DNA of 64,000 nt from Chrysomallon squamiferum (lineage: Eukaryota; Animalia; Mollusca), in the NCBI GenBank assembly GCA_012295275.1, contig CM022671.1:16306001-16370000 (forward strand). The letters are read 5' to 3'. A program made the translations under genes and the position numbers. Position 1 is the first letter of the stretch. Every line of letters starts with the position of its first letter. A model generated the notes under the pieces. The model did not search any database, was not told the origin of the DNA, and saw only the letters and a program-made list of their open reading frames with translations. Below are positions 1 to 14,510 of this stretch, piece by piece.

Positions 1-410
1 TGTGAAATATAAATAATAAAAGTGATTGATAATCTGATCTGTTATTGAAAGTACTTCCTCAGTGGTTGGGTATAATGTGTTTCAGTGGAGTCTGTAGATG
101 TAATTTAGTCATATATAAATAATCCCAACATTGTTAGATGACATAATATGAAGTCATTTTACTGTCTATATTAACTAATTAATATTAATGACATTCACAT
201 TTTATGGTGGTAGTGCTGCAGAACACCACCCAAAGTATAGGTAATTTAATAAAAATGTCTAAGTAGTCAGTAGTTTATTCATTATATTCTACACTGTATC
301 TGGAGTCTTTGATTATATTCTACACCATGTAACCGAGCTTTCTCTTTTACTGTATAAACCACATAACTTCCTTAACTGAATGAGTGATTTCAAAAAAAAA
401 TATTTTTGCA

Positions 411-975
411 TGATCTAGACCAGTTAAAACTTTCCAGTTAAACTAATGGCAAAAATTACTTGACAGTAAGCAGTGCGATGAATATTTGAGCAAATCACGC
501 AATCTCCCCGGGTCTGGATGAATGGTTCATGAATTATGCTTGTATATTTCAGACAATCTAAACCCATACTAATGGGGGAAAAAATTTATTTAAAGATAAA
601 TGGGACAATTATTATTTGAACAAACTCCTGGACTGTATTACTGATATAAATATGCTTGGACAATCTAGTCGAATCAAAATTTTCCCATTAAAACACTTAA
701 TTAATGGTAAATTATTCAATGATAAGCTTGGCAATGATTATTTGAACTGCCTCCTGGACTGGAAAACTGATATAAAATAGGCTTGGACAATCTAGACAAT
801 TTAAAACTTTTCCATTAAGCATAGATGAATGAAATGTTGTTTAATGATAAGCAGGTGCTATTGTCTGAACAAACTCCCGGACTGTATTACTGACATAAAT
901 ATGCTTGCACAGTCTAGACCAGTTAAAAAGTTCCCATTAAAACACAAATTAACGATAAATTATTCAGTGATGAGC
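411..975. repeat. Degenerate ~125-bp tandem repeat, ~4-5 copies
   Basis: ctcc(t/c)ggactg...actga(t/c)ataaatatgcttg...tctag...cccattaa recurs at ~625, ~752 and ~875, with more diverged copies at ~411-600. Confidence 0.85.
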
Positions 976-2501
976 AATGTCTAGAGTTACCTGCATATCA
1001 CATAACTGAATTACCTGCGGCAGTTATCAGGTAGTTATCATTAAACCTTAATGAAGAGGATAGCTTGAAAGCAAATTCAGTAAGATGTCAGAATTAATGT
1101 CATTATTAAAATATAATACGACAAGTCATGAAGTAACTGTTGAATTGTTATAAAGGAATATTTTCAATACACTTTTTGTTTTCTAAATAAAACAAAAAAT
1201 ATATCATAATAAACAAATAATCTTAAAAAGTATAAATATATGAAGTATTTTAATGTAATATTTCTCTATAATGTATTATTAATATCACTGGATGAAATAA
1301 ATAATTAGGGAAATAAAGCCAAATGATTGTTTATAAATAATATTTACTATGTTTTCAAAACATCCTGCACTTTGTTTTATATAGGAAATCTGAATATTTA
1401 TAAATACAGGTTAAATTTGCTATGCATGCTTGTAACTACCTAAATAAGGTTTAATAACATGATTTTGGAAAAAGAAAGAAAAAGACTTCACCAAATGGCT
1501 CATGATGGATGTACAATTGCTTTTGATGCTTTAATACAGGAGGTATGTTAATTTTTTTCTAAAAACAAGTTCAGTTATCAATAAATATAAATCTGTTTTT
1601 GTTAATTTTAAATTTTATTATTATTATATATATATATATATATATATTTTAGTATATTAATAAGGTTATTATTTAGATCGCAAACTCAGCTATGGTTTGG
1701 TCTGATCATAAATCAATGACACAGAGCAATGACATTCAGAGATTTGATTCATTTACAGACTAGTTTAAATGATGAACAAGTGCTTAACACCGATTCTTTC
1801 TCTGTGTATGATCTATAACATTATTCTGACATAATGATGTATAAGTAATGTCAAACTCTTGATCGTTCGTGTACAAAAAAAATAATAACTTACCAAAACT
1901 TAAGAAGTAAAAAAAGAAACAATCATTATAAAGATTACAATAATTTAATCTCTTTAAATAGTGTTGACTTTATGAAATGGACAAATCATCCATGATCAAA
2001 CTTTTTCATTTAGGAATGTATTTTCTTTTCTTTTTTTCTTCTTCTTCTTTTTTTTCTGTTGAACCAGAAATTGAAACATGTCAAAGTTGATGAATTCACA
2101 TCACACGATAAAGACGAAATTAGTGGAAGGCCAATTCTGCTGCAATCTCCCAGACACATCGCCATTTATGAGGGTAGAGAGCCATTAATCATCACCGTGA
2201 AGCCAAATCCATCACAGTGATGCACCCACACATTAATTTTTGAGAACATGTGCTCAAGTGAGAAGGAAAAAAAAAAAATTCATTTACACAAACAATGTCA
2301 TTATTTAATCACCTGTAAGAGGCAGAGGCCAAGTCAGAATGGATGTTTCATTGGTGACAGCTACAGATGGAGAAGCTGATCGCATTTTTTAAATCAAACA
2401 TTCATTTTCACAAATGGACAGTATCTCGTGTGATAAAGTCCCATACAGACAATATCACAAAATGAAAAAAAAAAAAAAAAAAAACTTCACAGAAATTTTT
2501 T

Positions 2502-2680
2502 CAAATGGACTAAAATCCCAATCAGGCAATATTTCAGTGGAAAAAAAAAATCCCATACCCAATGAGACAATAACCCAAAACAGACAAAATCAAAATGGAC
2601 AAACTCCCACACAGATAATAACCCAAATGGACAAAATCCTGCAAAGACACTCTCCCAAATGGATGAAATCCCAAAGGGGC
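2502..2680. repeat. Degenerate short tandem repeat, (aaat)ggacaaaatccca-like motif
   Basis: Variants aaatggactaaaatccca, aaatggacaaactccca, aaatggacaaaatcct and aaatggatgaaatccca, interleaved with acaataaccca-like units. It underlies the 96-aa ORF 2414-2704. Confidence 0.7.
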
Positions 2681-5050
2681 AATAGCATTCCATTTGAAGT
2701 ATAGTGCTCTACTGGAATGATATTCTGTATGTGTAAGAGTATCTATATATATATATGTAAACTATTACAAGATATTGTCTATATGCAACGCTTTCATATT
2801 CTTTTCATTTTCATATCTAAAGTGGAACTGAAAGCTGCATCTGCACTTAGGCCAGTACTTTCAGTTTTTTATTGATTGATTTCAGAATGTTTATTGAGTA
2901 AGTGTAAAGAATCAGATGATGGGTGTAGTATGTTTTGTGATCAGTCAATAATTATTAATTACTAATCAGTCTCACTGCAACGACCCCATTACTAAAACCA
3001 TCAGCTGTTTGCAGACTTAATTAATAATGCATTTACAGATATTAGTGTCACTAGCAACTGCACCAAGTGAAGAATTATCAATTACAAAAAATTCTCGAGT
3101 AAAACTGATATGTTGAATTAGGTGACGCAAGATAAGCAATATTAAATATCTTATCTTTTTTCTAATTTTTTTATTCATGTTTACATTAGGAAAATTAATG
3201 AACGATGGAAAGGTGAATCAATCATCCTGTCCGAATTAATGTTTCAGAACATTTGTAAGCAAGTGTGAAAACAAATGAATAATTCATTTAAGGTGACATT
3301 GTAATAATGTGTCAATGTGACAGACCACATCACATAGACATTTCATCATTTAGTGCACTGACAGAGTGTATTGTCATATTATTCATCTTTTACCACTCAT
3401 TTTCTAATGCATTTTTCATTTCTGTTACCATCTAATTATTTATGCATGCCTATCTCATATATCCAAAAGTATACACACATATAATCAGGCATATAATGTT
3501 AATAATCTGTATGCATTTAAGTATGGAATTCTGGGATAGGATTGATTCCTGTGTTTCCTCCTTTTCGCTGACAACAGTCTACTAATCAAAAGAACCTTTT
3601 AGGACAGGAAATCCTGGTTTCCTCTACTACTGTACCAACAAAAGATGACACACTTGATTTTCTTTCACATTTTTTACATGACAGATTGCTCCTACATAAT
3701 TTCTTGGTCTCAGAAAAGAAACTCTTAAGATATTCTTAAAATGGACATAGAAAGTAAAGTCTGTATAAGATAACACAGTTATCAGATTGCATGAGGAAGC
3801 AAAACTAAATGGGTTCCAAAACTACAGAAGATAAAAAAATTTTTTAAATCAATCTGGAACAGTGTGCTGTGAAAACAGCTGTTAATCTGGTTTTGTTTTA
3901 AAGTGATAACAGGTGTAAGACTGTTATTACCACATAAAACTAATGAGGAAGTAATATATATTTTTTTTAATTAAAAGACATTTATGTCACATATTTATCT
4001 CTACATGTCACATCTCACTGAAAAACCTACTGTCACTGATTGCATTACACTAAGGAATTCACTGACTTTTGGTACTGAAGAGTTACATACTAAAAGCGTG
4101 GTACAGCTGGACCTTTGTTTATTGAGTTATCCTAAATAAATATCTATTTATGGTTCTCAGAATTATTTTTACTTCCATTCTTGCTAATCAAATGATGCAG
4201 TGAAACATGAGCCTGTTCAGTTTTGACTTTGAGTTTGATTTTGTTTAAAACAATTACTTTCTATTATGACTGCAGCATTTCCCAAATTATATAACTGACA
4301 TATGGCTGCATCAGAATGCTGGATCCAAATTAAATTTTAAAAAATCTGGTTTTACATTTGTATTTGTGTATATATATATGTATGGATGGATGGATGTATG
4401 GATGAATGTATGGATGATGCATGGAATGCATGTATATTATTAACTTAACCTCTTGGTATATGTCATGGTAATATAGAAGATTCAAATGTTCATTGTGGAC
4501 AGTGAATAGTATCTGAATTAAGTTATACTACTAATTAATGACTTAATGTTATTATACATTTGTTGACATTTCTCTTTTCTTTCAACATCATTTTAATTTT
4601 GGTGAAAAGAAAAGACTAACCATTACAACAACAGGAAAACAAGGAAGATACATCTTTAAATACCTCATTTAACAACATGAAGAAATCTTTTAATTAATGA
4701 TGCCCCCAAACCCATTCTTTTTAACTGTTATTACACATCTATGGTTAAACATCATCTAATGAGTCTACTCTTTTTACTTAGCAGTAATGGAGCTTTTATC
4801 TGTGCCTTCTTGCAGACAGGAAAATACATACCACTGTCTTCAGGGAGACAGTTGTACAGCACTTTCAGAATGGGAAAAATGAGTCAGTCAGTGTACTAAG
4901 GAGGAGAAATCCTGCAGTCTGTGATGCCCAAGTACTCTTCTCAACACAGGTACAAAGACACCCCCCCACCAGGGATTATTATATATAGATGAATTTAATA
5001 GTTACAAGATGAGATATTTTAATAGCCTTGAACAGTTTAGGTCAAATTGC

Positions 5051-5427
5051 CCATATAACAATCATAAATGTAATCTAAAAATACATGATAGGGAAACAAA
5101 AAATAGTTTTCCCACAACTAATTTTTTTTAAAAGAAAAAGAAAACAGGAAAGTAATATAAAAAGGATTTTCATATAAATCTCAGAGAAAAAAAGTGTGAA
5201 AATGTAAACAGTGTAATCTGGAATATTTTTAAATTGATGCACATATCAGTTCAGTGACTACAAATTATCCATACAACAGTCATAAATGTAGTCTAAAAAT
5301 ATATTAAAATATATGGAAATAAAAAACCAATTTTTTTAATCTCAGGAAAAAAAATAAAAAAAAAAAAATATAGAGCATTTTCACATAAATCTCAGTGAAA
5401 AAAGTGAAAATGTAAACAATGTTATCA
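5051..5427. repeat. Diverged direct duplication, period ~218 bp
   Basis: cata(t/c)aaca.tcataaatgta.tctaaaaata at ~5052 and ~5270; ttttca(t/c)ataaatctcag...gtgaaaatgtaaaca at ~5167 and ~5378. Confidence 0.8.
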
Positions 5428-5824
5428 GTGAACAAATGGCTCATTTCAAATTACAGAGCAGAGCAAAACCGTTTTTAACAACAGAATTGCTGGAAATGTT
5501 TTAAAGCAGATCTAGATATTCATTATCTTCAAAGGTAATAACGATTCAGATGTTTTCTGTTGTTAAATAAATCATTTTAACTAGTTTAAATTAATCATAC
5601 AGTTTACATTAAAATTAAATTTGTCCCAAAGTAAAAATAATGAGGACACTGTGAATTTTAAACATATCTCCAACGACTGCAACAGAATGTAGACACATAT
5701 GATATCCAGTAATTTATTTAACAATGAGCCTCTAAAATATAGTTTAATCTGAATAAAAACGTATCTGATAGACAATGTATCTTAATTATATTTACTTTAA
5801 AGAACAATGAACAAGTAAGAAAAC

Positions 5825-5836
5825 GTGTGTGTGTGT

Positions 5837-5869
<33 letters not shown>
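5825..5869. repeat. (TG)n microsatellite
   Basis: Direct reading; one interruption. Confidence 0.95.
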
Positions 5870-6292
5870 GTGTACGTCATAACAGTAAAGAATTTTAAAT
5901 TCTTTTATCTCAGCGTAATAAAGATAATAGGTTTTCAAATTTATTAAATTTCCAAATTAATATTGACAGTTTGTTAGCTTAGAACAAAAGAAACGATACT
6001 CAGGTGAAAGAATCCCATGTCTCCTGCTGGTTGATCTTCACAGTCTGTTTTTACAACAAACACCAACCGTGAGGAACACAGGGCTCAGTTACACTCACTG
6101 CAGTTAACACCCTCCACTGTATTCCACTCACAAAACATGTTGCTTTATCTCCAAGTGAAAGCACACTTTTCCTGCCAGTAATAATGTTATTTCATCTGAT
6201 GTGTGTTTATTGTTGAAAACTCCAATTAACCTATTCTTCAAGAGCTGTGAAGAATGTGCCTACATTTCAGCATGACTTCAGACTGCTCTAAG

Positions 6293-6618
6293 CTCTTACT
6301 AATGTCATAGAAGAAAAACTATCCAGTAGATAACATAGCAAGTTTTAAATCAAATGAACTGAACTTTAAAATTCTCTTAGCTCTTACTAATGTCTGAGAA
6401 GATATTGTTTAAAACTAACCAGTAGATAATAAAACAGTTTCAGACCAACTGAACCAAGTCTTACTAACATTATAAAAGATATATAAAAACATTCCAGTAG
6501 ATAATAAAACAATTTCAAATCAACTTAACCAAACTTTAGAATTCACAAAATTCTTGCTAATATCACTGAAGATATTACTAAACATCTATCCATTTAGATA
6601 AAACAATTTCTAACCAGA
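6293..6618. repeat. Degenerate ~80-90-bp tandem repeat, 4 copies
   Basis: tcttactaa...gaaga...ccagtagataa...tttcaaatcaa recurs at ~6293, ~6381, ~6459 and ~6552. Confidence 0.8.
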
Positions 6619-7439
6619 CTTGTAATGAAAAACTTATATAAGTGGTTCAAATTGTTGCTGATGTTTTAGAATAAATTATTAAATAATACCCAAACAACAA
6701 TTTCAAAGCAAACTTTCAATGTAACATTTAAACTAGAGCAAGCTGCAGCATATGTTACAGAACAGGATAACATAAACAATTCCAGTTGAGAAAAAAACAT
6801 CAACATTATACAATTTCAAATTTATCAGGAAATTTTAATGTAAACTTACCATTAACTTAAGCATTTCAACTCATTAAACGTTAGATACAACTGTTTCATT
6901 TGACATTTGTATTTATGAGTTATGCCAAGCTTACGAATATATTGCAAGAACATAATCTGCACAATCTAAAAAAGAAAGAAATTATGTTTTTCAAATCACA
7001 GACAGATTATCTGTTTTCAGTGACTTTTTTATGACTTTATGAATCTGGTCTCACAATTATAATGCAGAAAAGAGACTCCAGTCTAGCAGGATGACATTAA
7101 ATATCCATTGAAGTCTGGGATACATTTTTGAAAAAAAATATAAAGCATCTTGAAACAATTACAAATTCTTTATCTGTTACAAACATATTTTTTCAAATTT
7201 AGGGGAAAAAAAAAAAAAAGTTTTAAAATGCTGCAGACTAATGAAGCATAAATTGATTGTTACAGACAAAGTAGATATATTATTATAACCACTTTTTCTT
7301 AAAACAAAATACTCAGACAAAGGTAATAATTCTAGTGAAATATCCAGGAATATCAAAATAGATTATAGTTTAATTAAAATCACTGCTTCCAGCATTTTCT
7401 TTTTGTAAAACTTTTCTATTTGCTATAAAAAAAAAAAAA

Positions 7440-7472
<33 letters not shown>

Positions 7473-7837
7473 AAATTATTAAGAACTTAAAATTGACCTG
7501 TTTTAAATATTCACTCATATACTGCAAACAGAGAGACACATACGTACATCATTATATACAGCCTGTTTGTGTCAGTAAACACAAAAACAAATACAGTATA
7601 TATATTCATTCTTCTGAGAACACAGAAGTCCTACACTGGGTTCGAAGGAGTTCCAGATGCCTGGCGAAATACTGCCTAGCTTACCATGTCACAACTTTTC
7701 AGGTTAATATGTCTGATCTAAATACCCTCCGAATTTCAGGATTACTTGAGCAGTTAAAATATTTTTCAAACAGATTTTTATGAGAGATAAAAAAGAAAGA
7801 GAAATATAGCGATACATCAAGCAGCTGACACTGAAAG

Positions 7838-7888
<51 letters not shown>

Positions 7889-8982
7889 AGAAGGAAAAAG
7901 AAAAAAAAAAGAGAAAAATTTCTATGCTGGTTACATGGTAAAGGAAACTTAGATATGTAATGACTTTTGCAGAAACTCTCTGGATAAAACAAGCAGTGTG
8001 TAAACTAAAGTAGCATTCATGCCAAACCAGATCAACTTCTTCTGTACAAACAAACAAATAATATTTTTTCACAGATCACATTCCTTCACTGGATAATTCA
8101 TCATAAACACTGGTTATGTTTTCTGAATAGAGGGTTTTTTTTTTTTTTTTTCTGCTGCAAGAACAGTGGACAGATTTATTTTTAAACAATGAAGACAACA
8201 CAAGATTTTCTTCATCTTAAATAAATATACAGTAGTTTTATTTCTTACAAAAAAAAAAAATAACTGAAAGTGTCTTCTAATACAAATCTTTTCTTTCTGT
8301 CTGGTTGTTTGTCTGTTTGTCTAAAAAGATCAACACAACTTCAGTTTTTGATGAATTATCTATTTAACCAGTGTTAACTTTTCTTCCAGTATTGTTTAAG
8401 CTGACTTTTTCAGTGCAGTTGCTGATCATTGTAAGTGATAAATAGGCCATAAGAGAGCAGTGAATTTGAACTTTTCATATTTAGGGATTTAAAAAAAAAA
8501 CATTTTTTTTTTGGCAAACAACATTTTCTCCTGCACTCTTGAACTGACTCACTGATGCCAAGCTGCCAATTCATACTTTCCTCTGAGTCAAGTTTTCAAA
8601 TTTTTTCAATTTATCAGCCTAATTTTTCAATTGATGCATGCATGACACGACAAATTCACTTTTTGTATTCACAGTACTTGTGGTTATAGTGAAAAATGGC
8701 TAATCTTAATTCTTTATATTCTTAAATGTATTTTATTATGATAAGCATGCTATATTTATTAATGAAAGGTCCATTATATAAATTACTAATAAGTGGATTT
8801 TAAAATTATTTATTCCCATTAGTTTAGCATTTAAATATTTAGAACTGCTGAAAGTGGACCTTATTTATATGGTATTCAATTGTCTTTTTTTTCAGAATAA
8901 CTAAAAATTCTATAAGGTTTTCTTTTTCAGTACTTACTCTTCATTTGACAAAATTCACTTTCTTTTATGTTTTACAAAAGTT

Positions 8983-9382
8983 GTCATTAATTATAATGTA
9001 CCAAAAAACAACAAGAAAAAAAAAACCTCAAGCAAAAGACATCACCCAGATGGAACCTACATATAGATATCATTAACTGTAATGTGAAAAAAACAAACCC
9101 AAACAAAGGCCATCACCCAGATGTAACATATTTATAAATATCAACGTCATTAATTATAATGTGCAAAACATTCATCATACAAAACCCATCACCCAGATGC
9201 AACTTATGTGTAGACATCAGGCTATTAATTGTAATATGAAAAAAAAAACCCACCCAACATCCCCAAACAAAGGCCATCACCCCACACATCACTTACATAT
9301 AAATATCAAGTCATTAATTATAATGTAAAGAAAACCCAATCCAAAACAAAAGCTTTCACCCAAAAGTAACCTGTGTGTAGAA
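8983..9382. repeat. Degenerate ~70-85-bp tandem repeat, 5 copies
   Basis: tcattaattataatgt...catcacccagatg.aac recurs five times with variable A/C-rich middles. Confidence 0.85.
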
Positions 9383-11361
9383 AATCATGTCTGTTAAAGG
9401 ACGGTGTTAGAAAAGTGATGAAGCAGAGAAAAAGAGCAGCTGAGAAAACTCGAGTGCATGTTTTCTTTTCAAAATTAAAACTTTAATCTCCAGGAATACT
9501 AATGCACCTGCTGCTCAGATTCTGTTACAGCAACAAAATTAGATTTTACAAAAAAAAAAACGGAAAGAAAGAAATAGAACTGATGCAAAGTTTCCCATAA
9601 AACTCTCCTCATTAAGTTTCAAATCCTTTCAATTAATTAATTACCTGATTATTTTTTAAAACACATTACAATGAAATGCACTTCAAGAAGACTCTTAAGA
9701 CAATGTCAGATGTCAAAATATTATTCATGATTTATCTTATTTCAAAAAAAAAAAAAAAGAAGAAAAAGTAAATAAATTTGAAGAAAATAGACACTGATAT
9801 GGATATATATATAACTGACTGCTGCAGAATTAGATGAAGATATTTGTGATTTGTTGGTAAACATACACACCATAATCTTTAAAACATCAGTCATAACCAA
9901 CTGGCTTGAACAGAAAAGGGGTTAATCTACTGTGCCTGGTTTCAAGGGGTCAGCTATCACTGAGAATATGGCAAATTTGAGTCCTCCATATTGTGACTGT
10001 AACAGGAAAATTCTACAAATTATTTTCTTGACAGAAAATACTATTTGGAAATCAATGGTTTATGCTGCATTTTCTGAATCAATGATGTTACACTACAAAC
10101 CAGCTGATACTCTGTAGTTTGGGTCCATATTTGCATCTTAGAATACTATAACTATTAAAAGATTGAAACAAACAAAAAACAAAAACAACATTATGCAATG
10201 TTATAAAACACAGCTTAGTTTTTTCTCATATCCACAGTTCATAAAAAGTTAAGCAGTATTAGTATTAATTTTTTTTTTTTTTTATGTTATTGAAGTGGTT
10301 TCATTACTTCATAGTTTCAAATCTCCATGTCTTGATACTTTGATCTCTGAAGTTGTTTTAACTTAAAAGTAAACATGACAGTAGTCCAGTGTATCTCATG
10401 TTTCAATCGCAAGAGGAAATGCAATACGCATTTGCTTCAGCATCTGGTGAAGTAATGACTTCCCTCAATTTAAAACAATTTCAATTAGACATACATCAAC
10501 TTCCCATCAGGAAAAGGAATCAATTAATTACTTGACTTGAAATAAGAAAGGTTAACTACACATTTAAAGCACCATGTGCAGAATGGTGGCAAACAAAAAA
10601 CAAAAAAAAAGAAAATAAATAAAAAATCCCAACTCTGACAGTTACATTAGGCAACAACACATTAATCATAAAACAATCAATTGTTAATGGTATCATTTTT
10701 AAAAATGTAAGAGTTTAATGAAATATTTAAAATTTAATATTAGTCTAATAATATTCAACAATATACTTTGTCTTGGTTTTGGGGGTTTCTTTTTCCTTGC
10801 CTCTGGGATGTATGCATTTCTTCAGCCATGTTTTCTAGACAGGCTTAAACAATTAATTAAATACAATACAATCACAGAAATAAAATTTGTTTGAATGAAA
10901 AACCATGACTGTTCAAACCATGATACTGCCTTTTGGCAACTGGCTTTGATGCTGAATATCTAATTTTTCAATATTCTTTTCTTTACTTTTTCAGTCTTAA
11001 ACTATATTACATTTCTTTCTTTTTTTTTTTTTTTTTTTATCAAAACTGGGTTAACAATATTTAAATGGTAAACTTGGTATGGAAAATGATTTAGATACAA
11101 TTTTTACTTTACATTTTTATCATTTTTGTTTTTTGCGTGGGTGGGTGGGTGGGTGATACGATACAGTCATTCTCTTAATTGCAAGGCTGCTGTTGTTGAA
11201 GCTGTTTTCAGGACGGCTTGACCATTTGTGAGTACAGTAATGTGATTTCCATATGAGTGTGGGTTTGTTTGAATGCAGCATCACAGACACAAAGAGACTA
11301 ATGGAGAGAATAATTGCAGCAAACAGCAGTTTGAAAAGTGTGTGTACCATCTAAGTAAGGC

Positions 11362-12201
11362 GTGACTGTGTTTTTACAAACTGTAATATAGAGCTCCTGT
11401 CTACCAAATGCTGTGACTGTTTTTACAAACTGTAATATAGAGCTCCTGTCTACTAAATGCTGTGACTGTTTTTACAAGCTGTAATATAGAGCTCCTGTCT
11501 ACTGAAATGCTGTGACTATTTTTACAAGCTGTAATACAGAGCTCCTGTCTACTGAATGCTGTGACTGTTTTTACTAGCTGTAATATAGAGCTCCTGTCTA
11601 CTAAATGCTGTGACTGTTTTTACAAGCTGTAATATAGAGCTCCTGTCTACTAAATGCTGACTATGTTTTACAAACTGTAATATAGAGCTCCTGTCTACTA
11701 AATGCTGTGACTGTTTTTACAAGCTGTAATATAGAGCTCCTGTCTACTAAATGCTGTGACTGTTTTTACAAGCTGTAATATAGAGCTCCTGTCTACTAAA
11801 TGCTGTGACTGTTTTTACAAGCTGTAATATAGAGCTCCTGTCTACTAAATGCTGTGACTGTGTTTTTACAAGCTGTAATATAGAGCTCCTGTCTACTAAA
11901 TGCTGTGACTGTTTTTACAAGCTGTAATATAGAGCTCCTGTCTACTAAATGCTGTGACTGTTTTTACAAGCTGTAATATAGAGCTCCTGTCTACTAAATG
12001 CTGTGACTGTTTTTACAAGCTGTAATATAGAGCTCCTGTCTACTAAATGCTGTGACTGTGTTTTTACAAGCTGTAATATAGAGCTCCTGTCTACTAAATG
12101 CTGTGACTGTTTTTTTACAAGCTGTAATATAGAGCTCCTGTCTACCAAATGCTGTGACTGTTTTTACAAGCTGTAATATAGAGCTCCTGTCTACCAAATG
12201 C
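11362..12201. repeat. Homogeneous 49-bp minisatellite, 17 copies
   Basis: Unit tgtgactgtttttacaagctgtaatatagagctcctgtctactaaatgc. I counted 17 GAGCTC (SacI) sites at ~49-bp spacing. Units abut with no spacers. Confidence 0.98.
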
Positions 12202-12805
12202 TCTATAGTCTGACAGTTCAAAGTCAGTGGGTCATGGATCTTCTTCCATTGTTAAATGAACAACCTAAGCCTGCAGTGGTGATTACACAGATACACCACA
12301 GAAAGGCAAACAAATGACAAAGTATTAGCCAGGCAAAAATTATCGAACACTTAGGGTAAATATTGGGCAGTGTCATTTTGATAAGCTATGAAAATGATGG
12401 CAGAGTGATCATCTTTTCGCAAAATGCCTGCAGCTACCACAACAAAGAGGAGACAATTTCAAACAGATGTTATCTGATTAAAGAAGACAATGTGCAGTAA
12501 TGATTTCTTCCTTGTTTATGTAAAAACAATATTTGAAGAAGAAAAGTGCAGCGGACGATGATGCATTGTGTGTGGGAAATCTCAAACAAGTGTTCTGCCA
12601 ATGACATCGTGTTCACACAATGGAACAAACAGAACACTACACAAACACAGTGTGAATTGTCTGTTATTAAAACAACAATCTCTGTAAGATGCAATTTCAT
12701 AAAATTTTTTTTTTTTTTAAAAACAATCTTCTACGTAAAATATAAACCTCAAAAGCAGAAAAAATATACATTTTACAGATTGAAGTAGATGGTGTTTTAA
12801 TACAA

Positions 12806-12931
12806 GCTTATTCATGAAGAAATTTATAATAGAAATTTTGATACACACTTGGTCATGAAGAAATTTATAATAGATGTTTTAATGAGCTTATTCATCAAGA
12901 AATTTATAATAGAACTTTTAATTAATTATTC
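12806..12931. repeat. ~40-bp tandem repeat, 3 copies
   Basis: cttattcatgaagaaatttataataga-like core occurs three times. Confidence 0.85.
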
Positions 12932-14176
12932 ATATTTATCTGAATCACATTTGTATATATGACAGTATCTCTGTGCTCATAGTACAGACTTTAAAAAGAA
13001 ATAAAATGATGAGAAGATAACTTCAGGACATTTATATGATAATCACACATTACAGATTTTTTTTCTTTTTTTTAATGAGCTCAAACATACTGAAAACTGA
13101 TACGAGACACAAGTAAAGAATGTTTCCTCAGAGCAACTATCTTAAAACATGCTCAACATAAATAACTTGAGAAAGAAGAACAAGAATTAATCAGCAGAGC
13201 AACACTCAGGTACAAGCAATAAATCACGCACACTGTTTTAACTCATTTGTTGATGTCAAAACGCTATCTTCACAATGGCAATAACAATTACAGATGGATG
13301 AGCTTATCTCGGGATGTTTTCTCTGGACGGATAATGAATGACATTTCTCCTCTTTATACAAATCCTGTTACACTTGTTTACCTTGGACAAACCGTTATAA
13401 TATCATTTACTTTTTATGTTTGAGTAATGTTTACCCAAACATTTTAACAACTGAAAAAAGAATTGGCTTGACATGAATTAGAACATCTCACTCTGTCAAT
13501 GAATGATTCTGAGGAAGGAAGGGATTCAGGATCAAATCCTCTTTAAAGCATATCATTTACCATTCTAAACATTTCACAGTCACATATATATATACACAAA
13601 CAATCAGTACAGCTATATATGTCTTGCATACCTCTAAAATTATTTCTGTACTTCTATGATTTATTTATTTCTATAACTGAACAATATGCACAGTTCTAGA
13701 ATTTTGTTCATACAATTATATATGCATTGACAGCTGCATGTGATCATAATTATGATTATTTATATTTATTTATGACTCTTTTTTTTATAGCTCTGTATAT
13801 CTTTGTACGTTTGCATGTCTTTACGGCTATACAATTATGTACTACTTAAATATGTCTCTGTCACTTACTTATCTTTATTCCAGTTTTATCTTATCGTTTG
13901 TGTATCTATGTAGGACATATAAGTGAGATGTCAGTTGTTTCTGTGAGTTGTATCTAGAACAGGAATCCGAGCAATCTGAGAAGTCAGTGTGACATGGAAT
14001 GTTTTGTAAGTAACTCACTTATACATTCCCAGTCAGCAGATCTGTCAATTAAAAACACTGGCAAGATGTCATTTACAAACATACAAATAACTTCATTTCA
14101 GTCTGCATACCACGATATGCTTGAAACTGGTTACACCCACATTATCAGTTAATAAGCTAAACACTTGCATGTGTAT

Positions 14177-14345
14177 GCACACACACAGAAGACATACACA
14201 TGCACACACACACAAACAACCATATGTACACACACACACACATAAACATATATATGTACACACATAAACACACAAACATACATATGTACACACACAAACA
14301 CACAAACATGCATATGCACACACACAAACACACAAACATACATAT

Positions 14346-14383
<38 letters not shown>

Positions 14384-14510
14384 TCACTCCCAAACATACA
14401 TACATACACAAACATACACAAACACACTACACACACACACACATTCACACATACATATTCACTCAAACATACAAACATATACATACACACACACACACAG
14501 ACACATTACA
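14177..14510. repeat. Compound CA-rich low-complexity repeat with ~30-bp sub-period
   Basis: catatgtacacacacaaacacacaaacata-type units and pure (CA)n runs. Source of the Cys/Val and His/Thr pseudo-ORFs. Confidence 0.92.

Noticed and set aside
206-240. ggtggt...accacc hairpin as a Helitron 3' end
   Set aside because: Only a 6-bp stem, and no CTRR terminus at the expected distance.
2414-2704. 96-aa Gln/Asn-rich ORF
   Set aside because: Openness is explained by poly(A) and an A/C-rich repeat; no splice or homology support.
6850-6965. Minus-strand exon candidate (ctttttTAG|...ATG|GTAAGT)
   Set aside because: Intron-like composition; the longest frame stops just before the donor and the peptide is unrecognisable.
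7426-7910. Long poly(A) runs as retrocopy tails
   Set aside because: No upstream ORF, SINE body or target-site duplication is visible; such runs occur throughout the window.
11362-12201. CRISPR-like array
   Set aside because: Units abut with no unique spacers, there are no cas genes, and the context is eukaryotic.
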